Counted from the stretch's first letter, positions 1 to 15,174 are shown. The stretch: 64,000 nt of DNA from Amoebidium appalachense (GCA_963693365.1 CAVNZM010000004.1:9762468-9826467), one strand, 5' to 3'. The notes: generated from the sequence alone by a model not told the origin. Program-made: numbers and translations.

Positions 1-29
1 TGACGGCGGTGGTGGTGGGGTTTTTTTTT

Positions 30-92
<63 letters not shown>

Positions 93-236
93 TATATCAG
101 TAAGCGGTATTTATGTACACATTATACCAAAGAAAGTAGAAGATTAGAGCCGGGAGGTGGTGGGGGGAGGGGGGGGGGGGGGGGGGTAGGGGAGGAGGTG
201 TGTGTGTATGTGGGCAGGGGGAGGGGGTGGGTGGGT

Positions 237-269
<33 letters not shown>

Positions 270-494
270 GGTTGGTTGGTTGGTAGAAACACCCTAATTA
301 TTTTATTTGGATGTGCAAAAGAGTGTTCACGACGGGTGGGTCGAGGGGTAGCCGTTGGTCTCTCACCTTTAGACTACCTCTGATCTTCATACCCCCCCAC
401 TCCTTCCTGACTTGGTCGATTTTTTTGTATGAGTTTTCGTTTTTTGTCTTGTGAAGTCTCATCCCCCCCCCCCTCTCCCAAACAAAAAAAAGAA

Positions 495-527
<33 letters not shown>

Positions 528-647
528 TAAGAAGAAGAAGGAAAAGAAAGAAAGAAACGGAGAAAACTACTACTACACCCCATTCTCTCTCTTACTCTCT
601 CTCCTCGTTCCCCGTCACTCACCATCTGCGTGTTTCCTTTTTTAGGA

Positions 648-778
648 ATGGACCAACAAGTGGGCTGGGGCCAAGGTGGCCCCCCACCCCCACCCGATAA
701 CCACCACCATCAGGTATTGGTCTCCCCCCCCCCCCCCCCCTCCCCCCCCCCCCCCCCCCCCTCCCCCCCCCCCCCAAA

Positions 779-811
<33 letters not shown>

Positions 812-937
812 GAAAAAAGAAAAAAGAAAAAAAAAGGACTTACTACTTGTAGATCCCCACCCCCCCACACACATTCCCCCCAGACATGCACACACACACA
901 CACACACTCACACACTCACTCATTCACTGACACACAC

Positions 938-995
<58 letters not shown>

Positions 996-1605
996 CACAC
1001 ACACACACACATTTTTTATCGAGGAAAGTGAAAAAAAGGAAAGGGGGGAGAACCACTCACACACTCACTCATACACACTCACACGCACACATACCTATTA
1101 GCTAACATAAGAAAATAGAAGAAAAGGAGAAGGGGAAACAGACGAAGATAGCGGAGAAGAAAGAAGGAGGGCGAAAAGAGAATAGAGCGAAAGAATTTGG
1201 TAAAGAAAGTAAAGAAAAGAGGGAGGAAGTGAGGGGGGGGGGGGGGGGGGGGGGAAGGGAGCGACAAAAAAATAAGGAGGGTTAGCGTAAAAGAAAAAAG
1301 AAAGAAACAGCATCTCCCTGTGAAAAAGGAATACCCACACCTACCCAACACCGACAGTAGGGAAGGAGAAGACGGGGGAGGAGGGGGGGGGGGGGGGGGG
1401 GGGATTTGGGAGGGTAATTATGCGTGAAGCTGCATGTCGTTTGAAGGTGGGAGTCACGAGGTAAAGCTCTTAGGCCGAAAGCCGTCCACATTTCTGTTTT
1501 CCACAAAGAAAAATAAGGAAGAAAGAAAGTAAGAAAGGGAGAAGAATTTGATAGGCTTCTTGTTTCCTGATCCACCGCAGAGGGTGCAGGATGTAGTCTG
1601 CGTGT

Positions 1606-1654
<49 letters not shown>

Positions 1655-2912
1655 TGTCTGGTATGTCTGTGTGTGTGTGTGTGTGGAGGTTGGGAGGGGG
1701 GAGGGGGGGGTAGGGGGGGTAGGGGGGTGGGCAACAACAGCAAGGGGGCCTGTCGAACATCACATGAGAAGTGGGGGAGGGGCGGGGTTGGGCACCAACA
1801 CAACCGCATAGAGTTAGTTTATACAGCTCTTACATGCCCAATATGTCTGATCTCTCACCTAGACAGATATATGCATTCACACATGCTCACTTTCTTCTCT
1901 TTCCCTCCTCTTTTTTTCCCTCTTCCTTCTTTTACCTCTTTTTTCTTTCCCTCTTTCTTTATTTTCGCCTTTTCTTTCTTTCCCTTTCCAATGTGAGGTC
2001 ACATTTAACCACTATTTGCACTTCACCATCTGACCCTCTCAACCAATCACAATTCTATCTCCAGGGGCATGGCTATTGGATGCGATCTGCAATGGCATCC
2101 GATTACGAGGACGCATGGCTGGCCACCACCCACTATCCCGAACCGGCCAATCAGATCCCCTCCCACCCGCTGCAGCCAACCAATCAAATCATCCCGCCAC
2201 CGGTTCCTCACCCGCAACAAGTCGTCTATGCGCAGGCGCCACCCACCCAGCCACCGCCATCAATGCAAGGAACCCCCCAACACCGCGCCAGCTATCCCCA
2301 CGTGCAAAGTTCTCCGATGAACCCCCCCCCACCACGTACACATGCAGCCTACCGTGCAAATTCAACCACCACCGCAGCCGCCACAACAACAACAGCAACA
2401 GCAACAACAACAACACATGGCCCAACCACCAAACCAAGCGCAAGCCCAGGCGCAATACATTGTTCTTAGGCCGCAGTACACGCTCCCGCACGGTGTGATT
2501 CCTGGGCAGGAAAACACAGCACAGCCAAGCGTTGTGTATGTTGTCGAACAGGGCCCGGCCATGCAACCCACCATGGTCGCACCCTCCCCACAGCACCACG
2601 CACAGCAGCAGGCGGCGGCTCAGCTTGTCTATGCACCGCCCGGACAGCACGGTTTTGCGCAAAATGCGCCCGTGGTGTTGTATTCCCCACAGTCGCACAC
2701 CACGCACACGCTCATCTACGCGGTTGCCCCCCAGCCCGGCATACAGAATGGGGTGGGGCAGCAGGGAGAGAACGTGCCCATGCAAGTGCACCCAACACAG
2801 CAGGTGATGATGGTTGCACCGGCACCTTCCCACCCCCACCACCAACACCAGCAACAACAACAACAACATCATCAACAACAACAACAACAACAACAACAGC
2901 ATCATCATCATC

Positions 2913-2943
<31 letters not shown>

Positions 2944-5271
2944 TGCACACGCCCCGGTCCCAGGGCAATGGCTTGCGGCACCTCTGCCACCCCACCTGAT
3001 GCCGCCACCCACTGTATACGGGGCGGCGGCACACACCCAACCTCAACATCAGCACGGTGAAAAGATGCCGCATCAAGTGGCCCAGTCCCAACCCCCCACC
3101 CCTGCATACACCCCAATGCAGAGCCCCGCCATGACAATCACCCGCACAAGCACGCCTTTTTCCTCCTCCGCCCAGGCCAACCTAGCCAATCACAGCCCTG
3201 CGTTGACGCACGTGAGCGCCGTTTCCTCCGGCTCGTCGCGATCACACAACCAACCAATCATGTCACAGCAAAAGATCTCGCCGGCACCGACCATAACCAC
3301 CACCACAGCGCACGGACAGAGACCAAGTGTAGACTACACTCAGGCACCAAACCCACACACACAGCCACACACACACACGCAGCAGCAGCAGCAAGAGTCG
3401 CAAACGGGGAACCAGAACCACGGCGGCAACCACGCTGGGGGCGAAGGGCACAAGTGGGTGGTGATGGCGGCGTCAGACTATGAGGAGTATGGGTGGTCAG
3501 ACACACAGGTTCTGGCGTCCTCCGACACGCACGACCCCCACCAACAGGTGCAGGTGAACATTTACACTGCACCCGACGAATACCGCCCACATACCGCAAC
3601 CATGGCTGTTCCAGGCCCACAACAACATGAAATACTGTCGCAGTACCCCCTCCACCCCCCTTCTGCGGCTTCAAGAACCTCCACCTCCCTCAGCCCGTCG
3701 GCATCTATGGAGCACCTACCTCCGACTCATCCCTCCTACACCCACCAAAATTCTGGGCCCTCATTGGTTCGTTTGGCGTCTGTCTCCTCCAATGGGAGTG
3801 CTGCAAGCCCGCGATTGGAGGTCGGCCCGGTTTCCCGTCGTCCTAGCCAATCAAGTGTCACTGTCACCACGCCGACGCTGGCGGCACCACTCTCACGTCC
3901 GTGGGAGGACACACCGAAAAACGCCCCCTCCGACGTAAATTCGGTCGCGCAAACGCCAACACAAACGCACCCGGCGACACCCCACAATGCCCAACCCCGT
4001 GTAGGAAATTCAACGAGGGGGGTCCATGGATCTTCGTCCCATCTGTTGGCTTCAGAGTATGAGGACGACTGGTGGGCCACACCGTCAAACTGCTGGCGCC
4101 CGACATCAGGCGGTGCGCCCCCAGCCAATCAAAACCCATCCGTTTCAGCCAATCAAACCGCACCACCCGGTGCCGTTTCAACCAACCAGAACCCTCCGGC
4201 CATGTCGCCGCCGCGCCAGCAAGTAATGCCACAGGGGGAGCAGCACCAGCCTTCATCTGTGCCGTCATCAGTGGGCCACAGGGAGAGGAAGGCCTCGGGT
4301 TCCACGGTGTCCGAGGCCTCTTTCTTCCATCCTCCACCCCCGCCCCCACCACCACCACCACCCCAGGCTCAGCAATATCAGCCGGCCCCTGCACCGGCCT
4401 ACGGCGAGCCACAGCAACAGCAACAACCCGGCCCATACGTGCAGACGTCACAGCCCCAATACGTGGTTGTGCCGGGCCAGGGGGTCATGCAGGCGGGGTT
4501 TTTGGGCCATGCACCCCCCCCAGCACCACATTTTCCAGGCGCCACCACCACCCCAACCACCCCAACCGCAGCAGCAGCAGCAAGTCTATGTGTCGCAGCC
4601 ACCCACACCCACATCCACCCAGCCGCCAATCATTGCCTACATCACCCCCCAACCACCCCCGGGGACACAACAAGCACAGGCACCTACATATGCGCCCCCA
4701 CACCCACACCCACACCCACCCCCCCATGCGCATGCACACTCGATCGCGTCCGATTATGAAGATGTCACGTGGGCGGTTTCTCGCACGGTTCCCCCTGCAC
4801 CACCACTCGTGGCCGCAAATTCGGCAGGGCAATGGACCCCCCTTCAACCGGCACCTCCACAGCACGTCCCCGGGCCGCAGAATGTCGTGCAAGTTGGGCC
4901 AAATCCCCCTAGACAGGCATACAAACCCATCCAGGCGGCTTTGGCCCCTAGGCCGCCCGTGGGGGGTTTCATGGCATCGGATTACGGTGCGGAGTATGGA
5001 CCCCCCCAAGGTGGGTGGGGAAATATGGCGGCTGCCGGCCAGTTTGCGGGCATGCAGCCACAGGCCGGAGTGATGAATGGGCCGCCTCCTACGCCCGATA
5101 GTGCAGGTGTGTGGGTGTGTGTGTGTGTGTGTGTGTGTGTTTGTGTTTGTGTTTGTGTGGTTTTTTGTGTCCCACATGTTTGTTTCTGTGTCGTTAGGAA
5201 GAGCTCAGGAAGAGTATGGTGGTTGGCAGCCGAAAAGAGGGTATGGGTGGGGTCGGAAGAGGTGTGGGGGG

Positions 5272-5310
<39 letters not shown>

Positions 5311-5439
5311 GTGTTATACGAGTAGTGGATGTATTCATGGCTGTGTGTTAATGCTGTGGGTGAGTTCAGTAAACGAATTGTGTGTACACAGACTGACCTA
5401 CTTCCCCTCCCTCCCCACCCCCTCTCCCCACAATCCAAG

Positions 5440-5485
<46 letters not shown>

Positions 5486-6223
5486 ACGCACACGCACACG
5501 CACACACATACACACACACCACTACCACAGTGTATGCTGGGACCATGCCTGCTAATGCAGACCACCGGTTGGGCCTCTCGGGCCGATTTTTCATGAATCC
5601 GACCCCCGTGGCCGTATCCCCAGCCTGTATGGACCCCCCGCCCCTCTCTCCCCCCCCCCCCCCCCCCCCCCCGCCCTCTTGCTACATAAATCTGCAGGCA
5701 CACAAGAGTATACCCCCCCCCCCCCCCCCCCCCCCCGGCACACACACACACACACACACACACACACCACCACCACCATCCCCTCTCCGTTCCGAACCCA
5801 AAGTGAATTGGGAGTAGTACATACACATCCTGGGGGGAAAAGCAGATAAAGTGATGCACACACACATGGACGTACACACACGCACGCGTGCCCCCCCCCC
5901 CCCCCCCACACACACACATACACAAACCTTTTCTCACACCCCTCCTCATCACCCCTCCCCCCCTTCACAGGCACGGATGTCAGTAGCAGTGAAGACCTTT
6001 CTGCGTCCGGGGAGCAGCGCAAGGGGAGTGTCGGCAGTGGGGGAGAACAGAGGGGGAAGAGGGATGCTGTGTGGGAGGAGGTGGTGTGCACGTGCACAAA
6101 GAAGATGAAGGGAGGGGACGGGGCTGGAGAGACCCTGTGTACCATACACCGGCCAAAGAAGGTGCGAGTGTGTGTGTGTGGGTGCGGTGGTGGGGTGGGT
6201 TGGTGGTGGTGGGAATGGGTGTG

Positions 6224-6254
<31 letters not shown>

Positions 6255-7172
6255 CAGGAAAGGCTTGCAAGGTGGACCGTGTTTATGAAACGTAAAGAAA
6301 CGATCTTGTATGGTACTATCGAATATCAAACTGAATATGATTTATGGACATATATCCCAGAGCTTTTCGCTTTCTGCAAGTCGAAAAGAAGGGACTTAGA
6401 AGTCAACCGAAAAAAAAAACGGCAATGCTCCAAGTCTGGACCGCTATACATTCCAGAGCTTGATGCCATAGATAGGCTAAAACATCAACAAAAGGGTCTA
6501 ACAAGCCTATAGAATCACACCACTAACTTTTAAATTATTTGTAGGACGGTGGTGCATCCAAGGGGGGCCCCAAGGACAAGGAGGGGCCACGGTGCTGCTG
6601 CAACTGCGGCACAGACAGTACCCCCACGTGGAGGGTGCACCCAGTCAGTGAGGGGTGGCTGTGCAACGCATGCGGCATATTCTACCAGGTAAAGAGGAGA
6701 CAGGCATGCACGTGCACGTGCATGCACACACAAATGCACACGCACACACACGACATGTTGACGTACATGTACAGAGACATGCGAGTAGATGTGCAAAGAT
6801 ACATCCACGTACACGACACATGCCCTGAGGAGGAGGGGAGAAGGGGGGAGGGGGGAGGGGGGGGGGGGGGGGGGGGGGGTCGGCCACTATAGTCTGAGAG
6901 ATGGCGTCATATTGATTGCGTCCCCTACCCACCGCTCACCTCATAATGCATTGATATTGCATTTTGTGCGATGCTAACAGTGTATCCTAAATTCACAGCG
7001 GCATGGATCGGATCGTCCCCAACACAAGATCGATCGGCAATCGGAGAGACAGGTCCGCACCAAGAGCAAACCTACGGCTGAACCGGCGCCCGTTGCCCCG
7101 GCGCCTGGCCCCGTACCGATGGGAATGAATCTGCCCGTGCACATACCAACCACCCTCCCCCAGTCCCTGTGA
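648..7172 (+). CDS. Spliced gene for a GATA-type zinc-finger transcription factor with a very long Q/P/H-rich N-terminal region (approx. exons 648-713, 2065-5107, 5971-6161, 6545-6688, 6999-7172)
   Basis: Exon 6545-6688 (ttgtag|...|gtaaag) encodes CCNCGTDSTPTWRVHPVSEGWLCNACGIFYQ, a C-X2-C-X18-C-X2-C GATA finger with TP.WR and LCNACG. It splices in phase to RHGSDRP...QSL-TGA(7170-7172). The upstream ORFs 1771..2469, 2342..4759 and 4467..5351 form one low-complexity exon broken by frameshifts in or near C/G runs (~2325, ~4515, ~6050). Confidence 0.85.
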
Positions 7173-7555
7173 TTTCGTAATTTCACGAAAAGGGTTGAAG
7201 GTTTTTATGCTACCATGTGACCCGAAGTAAAGATTGTGGTGAATGAGGAGGTTGACGATGGGATTTTTTCATCCCAATTTATTTTGACGTGGAGGGTATA
7301 CTTTTATGGTTAGCCCAAAAACCCGCTAACACACCTCCTGTGAGCATTTTGGTGGGTATGGATGGAATGCAAGGAATAGGAGATGTGACCATGAAAGATG
7401 TGATTTTTAGGTGTTTTTCGGTATGGAAATTCGTGGGCCATGACGGAGGATTTTGTTCATGGAAAGTTTTACATCCATCGTCGTATAGTTGGTTGGTGTG
7501 GTGGGCTGGGGTGTAGGCCGAATGATTTAGAGACTTGCTTAGTCTGTTTGTGTGT

Positions 7556-7587
<32 letters not shown>

Positions 7588-8416
7588 CCCTTTCCCTTCC
7601 CGGCCCTTGGTTTCCCTTGCGGGTTTAGACTTAGATATATATTTTTAGACTTCAGGCAAAAAATGCCTTATAACACTTGTGACTCTACAGGCGCACACCT
7701 ATGCATAAGTAGAATAGATTTGCATAGATGCCCCTTGCACGAACATTCATATTTTTGCAGGCTTCCGTTTCCGTTAAGATCTTTTTGTTGTTCCTTTTCA
7801 GCAGTATCCTTCCTTCTTTTCTCCCGTCTTCTTATTCGTGGTATCGTCTTAACAAGTATATATTAGCATATTTTTCGTTCGTTTTTTCATATTGCCGGAG
7901 CTACACAATTTGCTCCGTACCTTTGGAACTGAACATCATACTGTGTGGTTTCTATTATATTCACACGAGCTCCCTCACCTCCACAAGTGAAACTTTCCTT
8001 TGTGCATGAGACAAGCATACGGCCATTTATACAGTAATTGCTGCTGTCGTAATTTTCAGTAAAAACCGAAACCCCTATATGGGGTGCATACATAACTTAT
8101 GAGCCCCCCCCTCCCCCCCCCCTCTTTTCTTCCCTGAAGGCCTAGGGAACAATGTGCGTACATAATACGATCATGGAAACCACATACTGCGTGACCCCCA
8201 CCTAATGGCTTGTCCTGCCCCACCGGCTTCAAAGGTTTCCCGGGAGCCCCTTCAGTGATCTGGCGCCCACTAAAGTCACTAACTAGTCACAAGTTAGTAC
8301 ACCAATTAGTACTCTTAATTAGAACACTAATTAGTACGCTCCCACCCGGGCGCCTTGTCTTTGATACGTTCTGCAGGGACGACGCGTGCACTTCGTTGTG
8401 TGTACGAATCTGCCAT

Positions 8417-8495
<79 letters not shown>

Positions 8496-9310
8496 TCTTT
8501 TGTACGGGTGTGCGCACATGTTTGTGTGTGTGTGTGTGTGTGCCTGGTGTGCATGTGTAAAAGGGTATGTGTGTGTGCGTGCACATATGCAGTCTGTGGG
8601 TGCCACGTGGTGCTGTTGGGTGCGGTGCACTTCAATTTGGAAGTCAACACGCTAGCGCACACCCCAGTCATTAGTTTTTAGAGCGGGCCCCCTGTCGCCG
8701 TCTACTACTACTACGAACATACCGTATGGTAGTGGTAGCTACTCTAGAGTGCAGCACAGATATATATGGACACATGATCCGGACAGAGAAACTAACTAAT
8801 AATTAAAAGTTACATACGGTATGATGACTATGACAAACCAGTATGTATATACGCATGTATGTATGTAAAATGTCGAATCCAGTCACTGTGCACCATGGCC
8901 ACTCCACACAGGCCTAGAGATTCAATAAAGAAGACAGCAATACAACTTGACCCTCGACGGGTGTACACGCTCTTTAATAATAGTCAATGACAAGCATAAC
9001 CCTCACCGTGAAGCAAAAAAAAAAAAAAAAAAAAAAAAAAGGTGTCAATTGGTCGATGAAGCGATCATGCTCATCAGTTTGTGAATTCACAGTCTTTATA
9101 ATGCTCATCACATGTGCTTTAAGGGACCAAAACAATGCTTGCACGGCCCGCTGTGGGTCCGGAGTGTGTGCGACTTTGTAGGTGTGTCAGTGTGTGCCCA
9201 GTTGAATTGTGTATCTGCGCAAGTATGTGTGTGTGTGGTGTGAATGTGTAGGTGCGTGCGGAATTTATGTGTGTGTGTGTGTATGTAGATGCGTGCGAAA
9301 GTAGTGTGCG

Positions 9311-9444
<134 letters not shown>

Positions 9445-9541
9445 TGTGTGTGTCTAAAGAATGTGTCTGTGTTTGTGTGTGTGTGCATATGTGTACGTGT
9501 CCGTGCTTGTCTGTCTGTGCAACATTGGGGGGAAGGGGGAA

Positions 9542-9578
<37 letters not shown>

Positions 9579-9874
9579 GAGGGGGCATGGATAGTCTCAA
9601 GATCAATAGACAGGGCTCCGTTTTGGTGGTATCTAATTTTTTTTCAATGACTTGATTGTAACTTTGTTGAGATACAATGGTACATCTCGTCATGGAGGAA
9701 GATATATATATCACATTTCACAAATATCTTGTCAGTGCTCCCTATATACACGTGTGAAAGACCGGGCCCTTAATTCATACAATAATAACAATAAGTATAC
9801 CTTCATTCATGTAGAACATACAAGCATACCTGCTTCCTAACACCCACCTCTCCTCATCTTCAATTTCAACTGAA

Positions 9875-10923
9875 TTACGTCCACCCCCTATACCCTGTCC
9901 CACTCGAATTTGAATTTAACGATCTATCATCTAACACACCCTGCTCACCTTTCGCACCACTAGCCGCCACATTACTAACACTTTCTTTACCACTAAACCC
10001 CGCTAATGGTGCCGAAATGTCCACATCTATACTTCCCTTTTCCAATGATGCCGAGTTTGTCATGGTTTGAAGCACCGACTTGTTTATGACCTGATAGAGC
10101 CACAGGCGGTGGTCCTCCAGCATCAAAGTTACACTCCGCCTGATTGCTTGCAATAACTGCACTTCGGTCTCGCTTCCGGCTGTCAACTGTGATATTTGCT
10201 TGCTGCAGGGGTTGCATAAGATTATTAAAGGGGGCTTCTTTAGGTATCCCGGTCGGGTCAGACCCGAATGGAATGAATTCAATATAGTTAACTTGGTGCA
10301 CATCAAACAGCTTTTGGCCCGACCCGAGAACCAAAAAGCAGTGACCATAAATCGGCCTAAAAGAAACCCCCTTTAATGTATCACAGTGTTGAATCATGTT
10401 TCTGGTCTGCTCCAAAGTGGAGTGCAAAAGATCATGTGGGTTGCAGGTGTTTATGCATGAAAAGGAGACTCTTTCGGGAATGGATAAGAAGAAAACTAAA
10501 TGGATTTCTGTGGCCCAGTGTTACAATGGGGGAGGTCAGTATGACAACCGGGTAGACAAATGAATGAAAACAGCGAAAGTCATGCATGGTGCCGTGTGAA
10601 AAAATACAAGGAGCCAACAATCAAACTCACATTATACGAAGGTGATGGGAAGACTGAATGGGGGTTATTTCAAGGGTATCATGTGTGTACTTGCAAAGAA
10701 ATAAACGAAAAAAAGAGCTCTCTAATGCCATGTAACAGTAGATGCACGGGGAGCAAGCACGTTGTCCCTGTGTACACATGTGCGCGGGTGCAAGAGCTAA
10801 CGTTACTGTTGGCAAAGGGGAGGGGAGGAAAAAGGCCTTTTTGCGCTTTCTTTTCATCCTAATTTTTCTCTCCTCCACTTCTCTTTCTTTTCTTTTCTTT
10901 TCTTTCTTTCTTTCTTTCTTTCT

Positions 10924-11001
<78 letters not shown>

Positions 11002-11063
11002 TGCGCACGCGTGCGCGCGTGTGACGCGTGTGTGTATAGGGGCGTGGGGGGTGGGGTGTGTGT

Positions 11064-11110
<47 letters not shown>

Positions 11111-11727
11111 AAAACCTGAGAGCGGCACACTGAGAAAAGATGGCCGTCAGGTCGGATTTGATTTGCTCCGCCACCAGCCGTGTCTCCTCGTGGGTGGCCC
11201 TGATGTTCAGTCAGCACCCTTCACATTTCTCCTATGTGCACACACACACACACACGTATGCATGCACAGGCGCACGGGCGCACACATGCATGCACACACG
11301 ATGTACACTTGCTATTTGATTTATTCCAAATCCAACCCTATACTCGGGCCCACCACTCAACAGATGCATTGACTACCTATCCTCAATATGTTACACTTCC
11401 CTACACCAAGCCGACCACACTCCCCAATATCTTCGGTTTTGAAAAGTATTCTAAGTATTCTCTTTGGTGTTCTCAAAGTATTCACAACATTTTGGCACCA
11501 TCAAATGCCTTGCTTACGTTCTTCCATGCCAAGGAAAAAAGGGAACGAGAAGCTATAATACCATTTTTTTGGGGAATGCAAATTTAATGCATTCATTAAA
11601 AGGAAGAAATAAAGAAGAGCAAAGAAAAACACGAGATAGGGTATGTAGGTGGCTGGGTGCCAGAGTACTTGGGGAAGGAATTTTAGGGGATAAGTTAGGA
11701 TAACAAAAACCAAGAAAGGCATTAAAT

Positions 11728-11766
<39 letters not shown>

Positions 11767-12015
11767 AAAAAAGAAGTTCAAAAAAACCTGTCGGTGAGAG
11801 CCCCCCCCCCCCCCCCCCCCCCCAAAAATAAAAAAATGGAAACAAGTGCAAAAATACCTGTCGGTGCCTGTCTGATCGAGTATTGGGGCAAATCTCTCCC
11901 ACTCATCCACCTTCTCTCTTAGTCGAGCCTTTGCAAGTTCTAGTGCCTGCAAGTGAGGACAGCGAGAGGTACGTGGGGTTGGGTTAGTCTGAGTGGGGTT
12001 GGTTGGTTTACCACT

Positions 12016-12051
<36 letters not shown>

Positions 12052-12126
12052 GATGGGCGTGCGAGCGCAGGGAAAGAGGGGGGGGGGGGGGGGGGGGGGC
12101 ACGGGTGATAGTTTTTTTTTTTTTTT

Positions 12127-12173
<47 letters not shown>

Positions 12174-12345
12174 AGGGGGGGAATGCTGTATGGGGTACTA
12201 GATTTTGCTGGCATGCTTGCTCATCCTAAGGCCTGCACAGGGGTGGAGGGAGGGATGTTTGGGCGAGGGGGGGGGGGGGGGGGGGCTTTGCGTTTTATTT
12301 TAGGTTGGTGAGTGTTTGTGTGTGTGTGTATATTGAGGGGAAGGG

Positions 12346-12384
<39 letters not shown>

Positions 12385-12880
12385 TGTATGCATTAGAGGG
12401 TTGGAATTATGGAGGATGCACCAAAAGGCAAAATGGACACGTCACAAAAATGAAAAACCGGAAATCAAACCATACAATGGAACAAATGAAAACGGTGCAG
12501 GCAGAAGACATTTGAGCAAAGCCCGTCATCAGGGAGGGGGAGGGGGAGGGGGGGAAGAGGGGGGGGGGGGGGGGGGTTTGAATGCGTCATTAAGTATGAA
12601 GTACACGGGGGGGGGGGGGGGGGGGGGGGGCAACCCTTTGTGTTTCTTTTTTTTCGGTTACCTTTGGGGCGTGTGTTCATGTGTGCATGTGTGTGTGTGT
12701 GTGTGTGTGTTGGGGGGGGGGGGTTGTGATACCCGATAAAGAGGAAGCAACTCTGGCAGCTGTTCGCTGACCGTGTCTGGGTCCTTCACTATGGGGGGTG
12801 CCTGAGACCTAGCAGCCACACAAAGTGAGCGCTAAAACACAAAATGGGCAGGTCAGTGACTTTGTGCGGATATCAGGGAG

Positions 12881-12937
<57 letters not shown>

Positions 12938-13761
12938 GGGGGGTTTGCTTGACACTGTTACTCATGTCAAACGGGACATGTACAATCTATGGAGCCCCTA
13001 CCTTAGAAAAGAGAAACATGTGGCTGGGTGTGTGTATGGGGCGGCAGTGTTGGTGGGGGTTGCGGGGAAACGAAAAACTCTCAAGTCAGTTACACTGACA
13101 TCAACGCGATTCAATGAAAGAAGGGCAGGGGTGACTGCAGCAGCCCAAAGAGGGGAAAAAGTGGGGAGGGGGGAGGGGGGCGGGAGGGGAGGGGGGAGGG
13201 GGGAGGGGGGACGGGTGGGGGGAACTAAATAGAGATTGCAGGGTGGAAATTTCACCAACCTCTTGACTGTGGCTATGCATGTCTGGCATGCCCTGATCTT
13301 AACCTCCCCTGTGAAGTGAAGGAGTTGGTGGGTTCGTAGTGGCGCAGCGGGGAAAAAAAAAAGAAATAAGAAAGAAAAAAAAAGAAAAATGGAGCATGTA
13401 CGCCAAGGGACCCCCAACTCATACATCTCATTCATTCATGGCGCAAGGCTAATACAGAAAGAGGATATATTAGACAACTGCCATTGTACGACAACATGCA
13501 CGAAGTCCCGTCGTCTATATTAAAATAAACAGGGTATGTTTGGTAGTAAAGGGGGGAAGAGGGTGTGCGTGTGTGTGTTGGGGCGGGAGGAGGGGGGGGA
13601 GGGGGGAGATGAGAGCGAGAGAGGGAGGGGGAGGGGGGGGGGGGGAGGGGGTTGTCTGCACCTTGGTCGTTTGGAAGGAAATCAGTGCACGTGGGACTGC
13701 CACAAAACACACGGCCACACAGCCGGCAGTGATGGCGACGGTTGAGGAGGGTGAAGCGCGC

Positions 13762-13844
<83 letters not shown>

Positions 13845-15136
13845 ATGCATGTGTATGTGTATGTGCATGTGTATGTGCATGTGCACGTGCATGTGCAAGT
13901 GCATGTGCATGTGCAAGTGTGTACTGTCCGTGTTTGTGAACGCGTGCAAATTCGAGCACGTGTGAGTGTAAGTGTGAAAGAGTGAACTACTACGTTGCCA
14001 AAAGTACAAGTTATTTTGTGTGCAAGGTTGGCATGGACCTTCATGTCTCCTCAGCCACCAGACAGCTCTAATAGGGCCGAAATCTAGGACGCTCACGAAA
14101 TCGAAAAATCCATGAATATTAGTATGTGTAGCAATCACATTGACTTGATCAGGGGTGGAGCAGAAGATGTCCCCCCCCCTCCCCCCCATTTTTTTTTTAA
14201 AAAAAACATTTCTTTTGGAATCTTTTTAACCGGGGGAGGAGGGGGGAAAGGGAGGGACGGAGGGGGGAGCAAGGGAGGAAGTCAGGTGAGGGAGGGGGAG
14301 ACAGAACTCTATCCATCCTCCCGGCTAAATTGGGCTTTATGTGGTCTCCTTACCTCTCTTCTCAAGCCTCTTCTTCCTGTTGTCTTTCAAAAGCCCTCAT
14401 CGGTTTGGTTCATTGTTTTGTCACAGGTAGAGGGAAACACAAGCACGAGTGGCGTGGCGGGGTGTGAGGAGGGGGGAGGGGGTGGCCAGGGGGAAGAAGG
14501 GGGGGGTGGGGGGAGGAGAGAGAGAGGAGGGCTTGGGGGAGGTAGGGGGATGGAGCAAGGGATGGAAGAGTTGTTTGGTTCATTGATTGGTTGGGTGGGG
14601 TGGGGTGGGGTGGGTGCGTGGGTGCGTGGTGGTGGAGGAGGTTGGGGGGGGGGGGGGGGGGGGGAGAGGGCATACCCACACAGGGGGCAGGAGGGAGCAA
14701 GTTGATCTGGCTGCCACGCCACAACACTTTGAGGGTCTGGGTAGGGTTAAGGGGGGTGATAGTATGGTTAATAAAGATATGTTTACGATGTGTGTGTGTG
14801 TGGGTTGGTGTAACTGTACGGTGTGCAGGGGGTTATGGTTGGTTGGTGCATGTGTGGTGGAAAAGTGACCAAAAAGCAAGAGGGGGGTCCGGGGGTGCCG
14901 GTGGGGGGGAGGGGGGGGGGGGGGTAGGATTAGAAGCCCTTACCTATTTAGCATGAAGTGCAAACATCTATGAAAGAAACACAGCGTAGATACATTAAGG
15001 ACTAAAAGAGTCAGCAATGATGAATAAGGCAGGTGGGTCGCAGGGTGGGGGCAGGGGAGGGAAGAGGGATGGGGGTGGGGAGGAGGGGGAAAGGGGGAGT
15101 AAGGAGGGGGAAGGGAGGGGGGAGGGAGGGAGGGAA

Positions 15137-15174
<38 letters not shown>

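Noticed and set aside
6256-6512. Open frame in a GATA intron with duplicated YIPEL peptide
   Set aside because: Short, AT-rich and without a recognisable motif; including it would terminate the protein before the zinc finger. Possibly a TE remnant but unsupported.
9993-10427. 144-aa minus-strand ORF overlapping the Pep7-like last exon
   Set aside because: Alternative frame across an intron/exon boundary; the other frame carries the family-like sequence.
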